Part shown: piece by piece, positions 38,928 through 52,400 of the stretch
How the letters are laid out: every line of letters starts with the position of its first letter
How positions within the stretch are numbered: the stretch's first letter is position 1
NCBI GenBank assembly: GCA_030141605.1
Contig: JAQGDQ010000038.1
Location: 310,001 to 374,000 of the forward strand
Direction of reading: 5' to 3'
Length of the DNA stretch: 64,000 bases
Source: Tubiluchus corallicola
Lineage: Eukaryota > Animalia > Priapulida
Translations under genes and position numbers: made by a program
The notes under the pieces: model-generated
Seen by the model: the letters and a program-made list of their open reading frames with translations, nothing else
Told to the model about the DNA's origin: nothing
Database searches by the model: none

Positions 38928-40185
38928 TGTAATTAGTCTTTTTTGCAGTTAGTGTTATAAGAGAAATTCATAATATCTGCAAAATCAACAAAAAATTAGC
39001 TGTCTGCAAGGAAAGTGGAGTGTCTGGCAGCAAGCAAAAGCAAGTATAAAAGTAAAACTGGTGTTATAACTATATACGTATATAAATATAAACGGCAAAT
39101 TTAGAAAACAGCTACAGTATTTTGATGGCCTAAATAAGGTAAAAATATGTCACTAAATGAGGAAATCTTTAGCAAAATATCATTGTCGATGATTTAATTG
39201 GCATTAAAATGAATCATTGCAAAATGGAGTGCCATGCGTTAAGTGAGAATTAACTACTCTGAATCTACCAGACAAAATAGGTAATAAGTACAAATCTCAA
39301 AAAGAATGATTATTGAAATCTGGCATCTTCAAAACTTGTATAGTATATAACACCAGAATCTACATATATACTTCATTTAACGTACTGCTGTGCTTATATC
39401 AAATCATTTGTGGTCTAGTATTGCAACAGGCACAACGCAAAGGGTTACTGGACAGTTGCAGACGATCAACACACCGTAACATAAACTATAGTACATGTAT
39501 ATTGTAGGGATTGTACACTTGATGTAAATGATGGGTGCATCATACTGCATTTTGTTGATATTGCTTTCAAGTTTCAACCAATGACCAATTTCTCACGCGT
39601 GTAAATTTTAGATAATTTGTTGGCCCTTCTAAGTTTTCTAAGATTTAGTATTACTTTCGGTTTTTATTAGTTAACTTTATGTAGTGTTCTTAAACAATTG
39701 CACATAGGACATAGGAATTTAGGCAATAATTCGTTTCTAAAATTCATTTAAAGCCTTTGCTATGCAGGCATGTTGTTGACAATTGGGTTCAGTGGTGGTT
39801 ATGAAGTCAAGAAAATTTAATGCGTGTTTTGTCATCATAGTGACAGGTGTCCAACTTACATCCAGTACAGGACGAACAAGTTGTTCGATCTACACATGTA
39901 ATAGGACATGCAATGGACAGCCAATAGTGCCATTTGCACACACACTTTCACATATCATTAATTTTAGCATTTATCGCGACGATAATAACAACGTTAATCT
40001 AAGACTTAGTTTTATTGAAATTACGTCCATCCTAAACCAAAGCACGAACTGACGTTAATAATATATCTTTAGCAATGGTATGAACTATGACGTAAATGTA
40101 ATGAACTGTGAACTATACTAATTTACTATTGCGATGAAGCTTCACAATTGGGACATGTATAATATTGAACACATTACACAAAAGA

Positions 40186-40198
40186 GTTGCTTAGCAAC
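40186..40198. promoter_or_regulatory. RFX X-box upstream of DNAI2
   Basis: Palindromic GTTGCTTAGCAAC about 1.2 kb upstream of the DNAI2 ATG. An acceptor at 38976/38977 shows a non-coding first exon lies upstream. X-boxes are typical of ciliary gene promoters. Confidence 0.75.
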
Positions 40199-40370
40199 CC
40201 AGCCGATTAAATGTTTATTAGTTTTTGGTTTGTGAAAAAATTACTAACCTTGTGGCCAGGAACGAAATAAATTTTTGCGATTACTAAAATACACATTATT
40301 AATTATTTTGAATCTTGAATTTAAGGAACTTTGAGAATTATAGATAAATTAAGTCCTATTCCAATTCACA

Positions 40371-40406
40371 GATGGCGCTTCCTTTACTTCTGAAGTTTTG
40401 TTAAAG
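40371..40406 (+). promoter_or_regulatory. RPL38 TCT/5'TOP start region and non-coding exon 1
   Basis: GATGGCG followed by the pyrimidine tract CTTCCTTTACTTC (40378-40390), then donor AAG|GTATAT at 40406/40407, which can splice to the acceptor at 41017. Confidence 0.7.
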
Positions 40407-41055
40407 GTATATACTGAAAATTTTTATCATAAAAATCGCTTTAAATCGTTGTATTTTGTTCTTCCTGTACATTTTATTAACGTCGCCTGAACAACATAAG
40501 CTAATTCTAATTGTGTAAAAGCAGAACTTATGAGCGTATTTAAATCAGCTAGTCCGTTTTGTTGGATAACTGTAGGCTTTACTATATACGGTTAACTCCT
40601 CGCTGCTTAAGTCTGTAACTTTGCTGCTCAAATCTAATACACACTAGTCTTGCCTGTGATGACATGGCTTAGTTTTAGTAATTCCAAAATGAAATGTACA
40701 GCTCTGGGTTTTCCTGAAACCAGCTTATAGAACAGTGCAACTCTAGGGTTACATATCTCAAGCTAGTTATTCCTCTACAAAACTGAATTTTGTATATTGC
40801 ATTTTATATAAATTCATTGCAACATGAGAAATAATGTTGTTTCTGAAATTCCTGACAAGTTTTGGTGGAGATGTATGCTATAATAATAGCACAAGAGGAC
40901 GACTTTGTGAGAAGAGAAGCAATAAAATGTCAACTTTAGTATTGTCTAAGTGTGAGTGAATTATAAATTCAATTTCCATTGTTTAAATATATAATTTTTA
41001 TTGGTTTGCATTGCAGATAGCTGGGTGTGGTAGACTCAGGACTGCAAGCCAGCAA

Positions 41056-41119
41056 CATGGTAATATATTAGTTTCTCTGATCTTTTTCATGGTAATATAT
41101 TAGTTTCTCTGATCTTTTT
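41056..41119 (+). repeat. Perfect 32-bp tandem duplication including the RPL38 ATG and donor site
   Basis: CATGGTAATATATTAGTTTCTCTGATCTTTTT at 41056-41087 and again at 41088-41119. Confidence 0.95.
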
Positions 41120-42975
41120 CAACTGTTGTAAAACTTTAAATTACACAATATTTGGATCAAAAGTTATTGACGAAGTAGTTTATTTCTAAATGGTCAGCCT
41201 AATTAAAATATTGCAACAATCCACATTCTTTTGGCAATATGAGATATTCAGAGATATTACTATATACAATTAGGTTACATTACATTGACTACAATACGGA
41301 TAACAAAGTAGCATGTTAGGAGATTTATTTTGAGAAAGTAGCATGTTAAAGACTATGTTAAATTCTCATTAAGCTAAATAAGCCTTGTCAATATATTGGC
41401 GAATTTTTATTTTTCAGCCGAGGCAGATAATGGAAATTAAAGATTTCTTGTTAACAGCAAGACGAAAAGATGCAAAATGTAAGAATATTTTGTTGTTGGT
41501 AATCTTCATGTTCTGTAGTCTTAAGGACAATTATAATTTGCTTGTGTTTTATATGCAGATCAGCTGGTTTTTCGAATTATATTAAGCAAGCAGCAACATG
41601 TATTCTAGACACAATATTTGTATTGAACTAGAAGTTGCTCTTTTAGCATTGAGCCTACTTTTTAGAATAGTATGATTCGTTTACAAACTTAGTAACATAT
41701 AAATTGCAGTTAAGCCGGCCACAAAAAATTGTTTCTGTCTTACCTCACGATCTCAAAGGATGTCAGTTGGGAGGAAGAAAAAAGTTTTTAATTAAAAGCT
41801 TTATGAATGTTTAAAGCTGAATCGTGGCAATCGGTATTCAAAATTAGTTGAAATCAAAGTTTGTTTATTTCCCACTGGCTAGCAGTAATGTTTTAAATTT
41901 TTTCAATGCACATTTTTTTACCCTTTGTTTTTAGGTTTGCATTACCAAATTATCGTATCACCAATTTTTGTATAGTCTCTTTTTTGTATCATGCACGTGT
42001 GTGTTCTGATAGTTATGGTAAAAGTGGCAACACTACTCAGCTATTAATACACCACTTTGGCAAAAAATTTGATACTTTTAGCCTCCAATACAATGAGCAT
42101 CATACAAAATGGCAACCCTGACTGAAAGTTAGCCGTGGAAAACATGGCCGTGTTTTGCATTTTACGTTCTAAATTAAAAAATACGCTTTTATATGACTGT
42201 GTTAAGTAAGTATATGAATGTACAAAAAAATTATAAAATTTCCGGCCGGGTGAGCCATAAAAAACCGGAAACAGAAGTATTTTTATTGTCGACCTTAATT
42301 AATTGTAAGATGTTTTTTCTTGAAAACTAATTAAAATATTGCACTTTATTAGCTGTAAAGATTAAGAAGAACAGAGAGGATGTAAAGTTCAAACTTCGCT
42401 GCAGCAAATATCTTTACACGTTGGTTATCCAGGATCGGGAAAAAGCAGAAAAGTTAAAACAGTCTCTTCCACCAGGTTAGCCTGTTTTTAAGGAATGTTA
42501 TTCAAAATATGGACCAAACTGAAACTTGCTGTTTTTGAAGGCCCAAATGATATGTTTTTACAGTTGTACCAGAGTGACCTGTGCATACACATTAAGCATT
42601 TTCTATTTAATTATTACAAAACTGTAACTATCAAAATGATAATTTAGTAAATTTCTTTTCATTAATGAAATTTTGCAGATAGTACAATTATATAATGCAT
42701 ATTTCTATTGAGATATGCATGTAAAGTAATTTGTAGTTTTTTTTTTCAAAACATTACAACCACAGTGGTGTTCATGTATTTCTGAGACTACACTTTGTAG
42801 ATGTTCTGTATAATTTGTGTGATTTGGAACATGCAGTATAGATGTACTTGTAATTGGTGTAGTATAGAACCAGACAAAAGAACTCTAGTAGTAAAAGTTT
42901 TATTACGTGCAGTGTGACTTCAGTATGTGTGTTCTTTATTTTTTTTTAGGTTTACAAGTTAAAGAACTAAAGTAA
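41057..42975 (+). CDS. RPL38: 60S ribosomal protein L38 (eL38)
   Basis: Exons 41057-41059 (ATG), 41418-41478, 42353-42475, 42950-42975 give [70 protein letters not shown] (70 aa). AATAAA at 43010-43015. Confidence 0.97.
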
Positions 42976-45900
42976 TTTATTGGAATTTAGGTAAGTTTGA
43001 TATATCACAAATAAATTGTGATGTAGTGTAGAATGATTCCTTTAAATGCAACTTCATATACAAAATCATTGTTTTTAAATTTTAAGGCCTTGCTTATAGT
43101 TAGAATTACAGTCAACTTCGCTTAATCTCTATGTACCAAAGAAACAGTGGCATAGCTAGGTCGATGGATGGCTCAGTCTGGTGGCATTTTCAGAGGGTGA
43201 CGCATTAATCAAGTATACTGAAAAAATAGATTGTGTCAGAATAGTAGAAATGTGTTACAAAACTTGTATGATGTGTGTGCAATAGGCAATATACGTTGTC
43301 TAATTTGTGCATTGATAATTGTTGCAGGCACAGTGATGTATAATTCGTCTGTCATAATTTGCACGTCTGTTGTTGTAGGCCTTATGATGTTTACATTTTC
43401 ATGTTTTAGAAATCGTTCAACTTTACCAATCAGCTGCTTGATGTCAAGGTGCAATTTTCCTAACAATAGTAATTGATCATACATTTAAATTTTGTTCAGC
43501 ATGTTTGTGTATTGTTACTAAGAGAAAGCAAAACACCTAACATAAATTGTAGCGCTTACTGTGAGAGAAAATTTACACAGTTTTTGTTTTATTTGTTTTC
43601 AAAATTTTTCTGCAGACTCATCTTGAGTTTACTGTGATGTACATTTATAATCACATTCTGACATTCGACATTTTAACTACTTCTAAACTAGTAGATACTA
43701 AGTTTTAAAAAAAGCTAGGCAATTTCTTATGTTAGGCTTTTGGAAGCCTAGTTAAAATGTGACTACATAGGTAGTAGTCCGTCATCTGTTTTTTAAAGTT
43801 TCTTTCTGAAAATCTTTACTAAAATTTTTACCTTTGAATGTGTGCATTTATATTTGTGACTTATTTGACTTTTGAGTTGTCTTGTTTGATTAACTATTAG
43901 TTCAATGAAGCACTTGACAGCCAGTTTGTGGTTACCAGCCCTGACGAGAGAATTTTATGCATACCAAATGCTGAAATGTTTTTTCCATTTTATAGGTGAC
44001 GCTGTATTTCTGCATCTTGTTCCCATGATATTTGAGAAAAAGCAGTACCTGGAATTTAGAGAGATGACAGGAGAGAGCCATTTTACACATTCTCTGTACA
44101 TAAAATTCTGTTTCATTAAAGACTGAAAGTAATTATAAAGTGAAATTGTTACTTTTGTTTTTTACATTTTACTTCTTTTGCAGGGCTTAAAAATAGTCTA
44201 TTTTTCACCTTGTAAGATGTAATGGGTGATTGGCATATCAGATGTACTCCTCATTTTAGAAAAACTTTTATGCCCAAGGCAATTTTTTGCCTATTTTAAT
44301 GAGATGTTTTAATAATACATATCTATGATTGATAATTTCTTTTAACTTGGTTTTTGATGTGTATGTCTGAAAATAGTACAGTGCTTTTTAATGTAAAAAG
44401 TACTAATTAGTATACATAAATGTGTATCTTATGTTTATTGCATACTGGTGTACAAAAGGTAGTTTCACCCAAACTCAGTCCCGGTTCTCCAAACTCCCTT
44501 TCAGGCGCTGAGCTGTATACCGCAGAAGTTGTAAAGATACTAAGAGAAGGTAGCACCAAATAGTCTAGAAAATTGACCTTTGACGTTGGGTGACCCATCA
44601 GTGATGATTTTGCTGCATTTCCCAATTGGCTCTCCTCACAATTATTTCAAAACTTTCCCAAAGCCAGCCAACAATATCTTTTTCGACAAGAAATTTATTA
44701 TCAAAATGACAGTTGCAGTAATAAAACATTTACTAGTGATGGCTAAAATAAATAATTCTGACAAGACACATACATTGTTATAAATGATAAATTTCCATTG
44801 TATAAATCTACAAAAATATCTATCCACAAATATTACTAAAACCTATTGTACTTATTCAGATCACAAAACTGCAGTATAAATTAAAACATCTAGCACTAAC
44901 GATATAACTAATAAGACATTGAATATTGATTTGGCTGCATCAGATCATAAAACTTGATATGATGCACATCATGTTTTTTTATAATTATAAAACTAAAAAT
45001 TGTCATTAATCAAAGGCAATAATTATAGTTGAAGCCCGGTAATTTTGTGGTATCAAGCGTATTTCGTACTACAGCATTCGTTTTTCTACTAAGTCATGTT
45101 TGACAAATAAATTCTGAGCTACCTTTAATTTCTGTGATCTTTCTTTATTATCTGCTCGTGACACATATGTGCACAAGATAGCTAGAATTGCTGATGTTAA
45201 CAAATTTTACAAGTTATGCAATAAACCACTGCTACACGAAGTTTTTCTGCACAATTCAGGTCTTCGAAGCACCAAAAACACAGCAATAAAGCTCAGTGTT
45301 CAGCTAATCAGTTACAACGCACAATATGCAGCTTCAGAACTTGCGGTGAAAATGTTAGAAAATCATATTACGAGTGCAAATTTATTTACATGAAACCATA
45401 TTTACAGAACTTTGCAAAACCATTGCTTTATGTGGTTCCTGTCTTGGTTAGATTTGCAATAATTTTGACCAAGTACATAAGTTTTGCTACAAAAATGCCA
45501 AAGGTCAATTTATTACAATCTTAATACTGGGAGCTTCGATAAAAGTTAGTGCTATCAAAGTTTTCAACAGCAGCACGAAACACGATTGCCTCTACAAACA
45601 AAAAAATTGGTTGCCATGTAAAAATGGACAAAACTATTATGCCTTAATTTTTGAGACAGACAATCATTTCACGTGAACAACAATAAAACCGTGAATAAGT
45701 TATCTTATGGTTAAGTTTATTTTTGCCTATTATGCACACACAATTTTTGCACGAAAATATGATCACGTAAAAGAAAAGTTAGGATGTAAGCCTGTAACAG
45801 CGTTTCTCCAAATACGACTTCTGATATTGGGTGACTGACATGATCAATTGTGCATCATATGTAGGGGGAAACAGGACATCATGGACAAAAGGAGAGTTAA

Positions 45901-46438
45901 CTCGTCTATTACAATAATAAATGGATTACCTGCACGCTAGGACAATTAACGCTTGCTAATGACAACAGGCCTCCTTTTATTAAAACTCCACACAACTTTC
46001 TATTCATAGCAGCAGAATCCAGATGTGTAAAAATTTAATTCATCCGGAATAAATTACTTCACAGTATATAATTGGCTTTTATTAAAACTACAAATTCCTA
46101 CTGACCAAGGAAGTCACCTGCTTCATTGCAATTGTAAATCATACAAAAAGTCAAGGTTACAGTTTACACTAGCCTACAAGGATACAGTAACAAATCAACA
46201 AAGCCTGAACTTTTAATTCACCGCTTATTTATACTTTTCACAGTAATTTGTAGCAAGTCAAAATAACATACAACGTGATTGTCACTTTTATATCCAAAAA
46301 TCAAATTAAAAGTTGGTAAAGTTAAATTTAAAAAAATCACTGAATTCTGAAAATTTGTTGTTACAAAACATTGGTGTGTGAATAAGGAGTAGCACCAAAA
46401 CGGCAAACCCTGTTTATGACTTATTATGTCTTAAATTG

Positions 46439-49400
46439 TTACCTTGTCCAGGTAACAGGTACCCAACAAGCTTGTGTTTCTATTTTAGTTGCTAGGTCCT
46501 GTAAGTCCCTTACAGCAGTGTCTAGATCATCATTGACTAGTTCAGTATCAAACACACTGTCATACGCAGTGTGAAGTTTCTCTGATGCTCTCAGCATTTC
46601 ATGTAAATCTTGTTCCTAGTAAGAAAAAAATTAACACATTAGAACAATTCAATGTTAAGCAAATCATACGTATTCATAAGATGAACGGTTGCATTCAAGA
46701 GCTTGCAGATGATGTGCAATTGCACATGCTTGAAAACCCTAACGACAACTCATACCTGGAGTTTGTTACTACTCTGCAGGGTTGTACACAATCATGAAAT
46801 TTTAAAATTGATATATTTTTCAGAAAAAGCTATTAAACTAAATATTAATTGCCTTGCCTTACCATATACAAAACTGTGCTATCATAGAAAAAATTCAGAA
46901 TATTTCATTCTGCTAATTGTATCAGTGCTACAAGTGCTCTGAGAAGTTTACACAGCTTGATATTATGACATTTTTGGTGTCATCAATGGAAATTTTAATT
47001 ATGGTTTTGGGAAGCCGAAGAATTTGGTTTGATGGTTGTCTGTGGGAACCCCATCCTGTCAGTTAGTAAATTCCTCATCAAGTGCCTCAGCCAGTTATAC
47101 AATTCAAGAAGTAATTTTTGTCTTGTTGGACAGAAAACATTACCCAAAGTATAAAATAAAGTGAATGGGTAAATAGTTATTGTAGTAAAAGGTGCAATGA
47201 AGATAATCCACAATGTGAACAAATTCTGTTGCAAAAGATGTGATCTTACTGTAAATGCTCTTTCTTGACCATGGTGAATGCTATCTCTCTTCAACCTCCG
47301 TGTGGCAAGCAATCTCTCTAGACTAGGTGGTTTCACAAAAACTATGTATGGTTTTATTTCTCTCGTTCGCAAAAGCTTTAACGCCTGAAATGATTCTTTA
47401 TTTATCTTACAGCCATAAGTGATTATAAGAATGTTAACTACACACAAAATGCTGGCTATTCATCTGACACAGCTCTACGGCCATCATTATTAGTTTTGCA
47501 AATCATTTTGTGTTTATCCGAATTATCCATTTCGTGTTTGAAATCGTTATCATTGAATTACTTACAGAAATCAAATTATACTTACAAAAATAGCATGAAA
47601 TAGCATACGAGTGTTTCAAATTGAACTAATGAGTAGATTTTCGATTATAGTAGTTTTGGAAAAGATGAAAAATTCACTTACAAAAGCAAGTTTAGAATTT
47701 TAGAGATTCAGATTTTAAAATTCTATCAACATCGGCTATAACTGCAAAACGTAGCATTTCTACTGTGCGACTGAATTTCATTATCTACAAGTTTATAAAA
47801 CAAGCTTTTCTTACTATACATATTGCATGACATTTACCTTAGGATGCGGGTTCATGATGCCAACCACTCCAGATTTGACCAAAGATTTCACAGAGTCGAT
47901 AGTTGTCCCATAAAGATTACCCCTGAAAAAGATACTAGTGTAGTATATGTACTGATGGGCTTTGCAAAGCGCTGTACAGAACGACATTGTTAAATGTACT
48001 GTTCAAAAAAACATTATAACTGAATAAAGGCTTACTGTCCTAATAAACTCAACCTCATACTAGTTAAGCTTAATTCATCCACACAGAAAACGGAGTTCTA
48101 GTTGCAAAAAAATGTGAAATTGAGGATAGAAGAATAACCACTAAAACAGCAACAATAACATGGCTGCATTTTGATTGTGCAACCATGTTTATTGTGGCCA
48201 TTTTAATGGCTATTTTTCTAATCAGATCAGAATTACCATTGCTGTAATTGGTAACAAAATATTCTGGAACTACAGAGTTAATACACACGAACTTGTACAA
48301 ATGCATAATATTTATGAATTACCCTCGTTTCGAGATTTCTTGCTAGTAATTCTATAAGGAAGTCACTTTCAACCTGATGTTGTTGTCATTTTTGTTCTTG
48401 TTGTAATTCATGTAATAAGTTTTATCAGTTTTTAATAATGTGACATCACAAGAGTTACTTGGCATTAAAAAAATGGATGCGTGGGAAAAGTAAACTGTGT
48501 TCTAAATGACATAATCAGGCAAGTGGGCGGTTGTACATTTTACAAGTATGTTTGAGCAAAACACACATGCGTGCAGTAAGCAAGTCACCTAGGACGATCA
48601 AAGAAATTGGTACAACGAAAATAAAGAGTAAAACAATGGCTATGCAGTTACATATACATGACACTAAAGGAGTCAATTAGGATTTTTAAATTTATGAGAA
48701 ACTGGAAAACCAGCTTAAACAAGGCTGTGTTGGGCAGGGGTGGTTACAATGTAATAATATTTAAACTTTTTATCTGTCCAGCCTAGCTACTTAAGCATTT
48801 CAGTTACTCATAAATTTCGAAACATAAATTTACAAAAAAGACATATAAGGCAAAATATGTGAACAACTTTGAATAGACATAAAAAATGTCACTAAGTTTT
48901 TGTGCAACCTAGTACTGTATAAGCACTGTACCAGCACCTTAACTTTTAAAAGACACAAAATACGTCAGAGAACTAACAAACGCCACGTGTGTTTATTTTC
49001 ATACAATCGGATATGGCCTCTGTTTATTTATTTACCAGCAGGGTGTAAGGTAATGGAAACGCTTGAACTCATCATTAAATATGAACTTGTGCAGCTGCTC
49101 TGTTTGAAAGCTTAGATTACAGCTTGCATTAGAGTCAAGCAGTCCAACAAAACATCAGTACTGAAAATTTCACGAAATTTGTGAAAATGATTATAAGTAA
49201 ATGAGTCATGGTGCGTGAATCAATAAAAAAAAAACTTTGCTTACTAACAGTGCTTACTAATAGTGTTATATTTTATGAATGACACTATTTATGTACAAAA
49301 TATCTATTCAGTTTCTAGAGGGTGAAAGTGCAATAACTTTTAACAATTTCTTGTGTGTTTTACAGAATTAATTCTCAGAGGACGTCATTTGCACTGCACT

Positions 49401-52400
49401 GTTTAGTTGTTTCTATGTCTAATTCCACTTTCTTGTTATTGTAAAAAACTAACCAATGATGACTAGTGACTAAAGAATAATAAGATGATAAGTAAATGAA
49501 ATGGAAAAAGTGTTATCGGCAGTTAGTTCTTGGCGAGTCGCTGTTAATGTGTTACTCATTTGGATGTTGTCACTGCAAGTGTTAGCTGAAAATATCCGTG
49601 TAAAGCGAAAGATGTTACCAGTTAACGACTGGGATATGATCTGGCCTGCAAGCGAACCGATACCATATATGATTGGAGAAACTGGTTTGTACTCACTGTT
49701 TCATATAAAATGTTTGCATTGTAGTTCTCTTGTTACAGAGTAGGATGATGTTTAGATAATCAACAAGAAATTGATTGCAACAACGTTTGCTTAATTTGTA
49801 TCATTACTTGCTAATCTACCATAATTCAAAAAAAAAATGTGTATTTAATTTTTAAGAATAATTATTTGAAATTTTATTGTCAAATCATTAAAATTCAAAC
49901 TTTACCATTCAAAGTTATTTTATTGGATTAACCAACTTACTATTGTACTAGTATATGTTACAAAATGAAATGTTATTGCAGTGCCAAAATACCTTGTCAA
50001 GGCAATACACGAAGGTATTGCATACTGGACTAACAACACTTGTATGCGATTTGAAGAAGTTACTTGCCTAAAAGGCATTGATGACTATATTGGCTTTACC
50101 ACTTTCAACTGGTCAAAAGCAATACCGGCTCCTGTACAGGCAGTTACTAGCCACTTGGGTATGCGTAATATGGGTGAGAATCAAATACAGCTGAGCATGC
50201 AGTCCGAGTACTTACACAATCTTGCGCTGGCATCGGCCATCGTTAGCCACGAACTTGGTCATGTGATGGGCATGCATCATGAGATGTCACGCGTGGATGT
50301 GGATGACAGTGTTTGTGTAAACATCGGCGATCGCAAAAGCTGGGAGCCCGCATTTGCAACGTACAAAACCAACATTTTGGGAGTTCCATATGACTTGGGA
50401 TCAACAATGCATTATGGAAATAATGAGCAGTACAAAAATCAGTTTCAAATACTGACACGAGATCCCCTCATGGAAACGTCCATAGGAAGAGTGTGGCAAG
50501 GAGTAAAACTGTCCTTTTATGATGTATTTATGCTAAATTTGGCCTTTTGTAACAAATCGTGTCTGGGTGGGTTACAGACAAATTCTTGCAAACACGGCGG
50601 CTTTAAAAACCCACAAAACTGCAGAACATGTATTTGTGCCGAAGGTTTCACTGGTGAACGTTGTGAAAGCATGCTAAGTTATGGGGCTGAAGATGATACC
50701 CATATTATACACATAGAGCCTGGCAAAAGTGGTAAACTAACTCAGGCATTTACATCCACAACTGATAAAATTAGATCCTCGTGGCTGATAACAACAACAC
50801 CTGGTGCAGTTATAGGTATACAGGTAATATTTATAAGCTTCAATGTGACAGAGGATAGTGAAAGGGTAGTAGAATACATATCAAGACACAGGATATGTCT
50901 AGATTGGTTAGAAGTGAAATATAAAGACATTGCTGGAGCAGGTCCGCAATTCTGCAGTTATCCAAATCCTGGAGGAAATGTAACTGTTGATTTTATGCCT
51001 CCTTTGTATCCACCATTAGATTATCCATGGATGTGGTCAAACAGCAAGGAAGTACTTCTGCTTTACAATCAAAATGAGAACAGAGAAGGTTCGTTTACCA
51101 TAAAGTATGAAGCCAGACACGAAAAAGATGTAATTCAGCCAAAAAAGCTGAAAATTGCAAAACTTGCTACTGATATAGTATGCAGCTTTGTAAAATTAAT
51201 GAAGTGACTGATATTTTGCAAATTTTTCATGTGTAAATAGTACGATGAAATGACAAAAAGCAGAATTCATTGTTGTTAGATTTATAGCAGAACTTAAATG
51301 CACAGGGAAGACTAATATATATATATATATATAAACAAGATTTCGTATGTAAACAGTATTTTTTGTAATAGTGAATAGTACTACGTAATAGCAAATAATA
51401 GTTTAACATACATTACGAAAATGTTAAGAACTTAAAAGCAAGTTAACTAACAAGAGAAGTCTAAACAAATTCGCATTTATGTATTTCGACAATCAGTCAC
51501 CAGCTGTGAGAAAATTGTCATGTTGTTTAGATGAGGTGGTATTTTGTTGTAAGTCTGTAGATTGTTAGCATATGTATTTGAAAGCGTGGGTGCATGTATG
51601 ATTAAAATAAAGCTAACTCATTCTGGTCAGACTGTCACAAACTGTATATCAATGGGAATTCAACAAGAATCCAAAGAACATAAATTTCCCCTTGCTCTGT
51701 CTGTTGCATATCTGGTAAGAATAAAATCTAATTTATACTAGAGATAGGTGCATGATGTATGTCATTAAGATTTTGACTCCCACATAACTAGCATTCTAAC
51801 AGCCGCAAAGGGAATATTTTAAGAAAAAGAAAACTATAGGTGTGCTTTACATATTAATCTCTGTTAATATGGACAGCACCACTGTTCACTTATTTAGCCT
51901 AGTCCACAAAGTCCATGTGGTTTTCCTGCTAGGTTTCAATTAATGTGCCTCCTAACTTTGGCGATAAAGCCTCGTCATATAGGCCAGTCAGAATAGCATT
52001 TCACAAAGGAAATCCTCTGCATATGGACAGCGGAGTGGTTAGAATGTGGTATCATTTAAAACAAAGCATTAGATTCAGGCCTGTAGAAACCATACTAGTC
52101 GTCAAATTGGCAAATCACAATGCTGTGCTGCTATAAATATAATTGCAAAGTAACTGAAATGGTAAATCGCTAGTCAGCTGCTTTAAGTTATTCATCACAG
52201 GCATGCAGCTTTTTAATATGCTGAACATGATGATTGCATCTACGCAAAAACTAACACACAAGACGGAAATAACAACATACATAAGTGCATACATATTTCT
52301 GAAATAAGTACTAAACGAAACTTGACAACAGATGCATAGACATTAGGCAAACTATCTAGCATAAGTGTACAATGCAATTCACTCTGAACTCACAAAATGG

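Noticed and set aside
40650-40720. C/D box snoRNA in RPL38 intron 1 (GTGATGA ... CTGA)
   Set aside because: No terminal stem and no recognisable rRNA antisense element; needs snoscan or Infernal.
41730-41840. H/ACA snoRNA in RPL38 intron 3
   Set aside because: One hairpin and an H-like box, but no second hairpin with a properly placed ACA.
43105-43222. Tc1/mariner-type mini-MITE (TACAGTC...ACTG)
   Set aside because: TIRs are too degenerate to call without other copies.
48070-48357. Short ORFs in the MAGUK intron near the astacin gene
   Set aside because: No recognisable motif or consistent splice structure.
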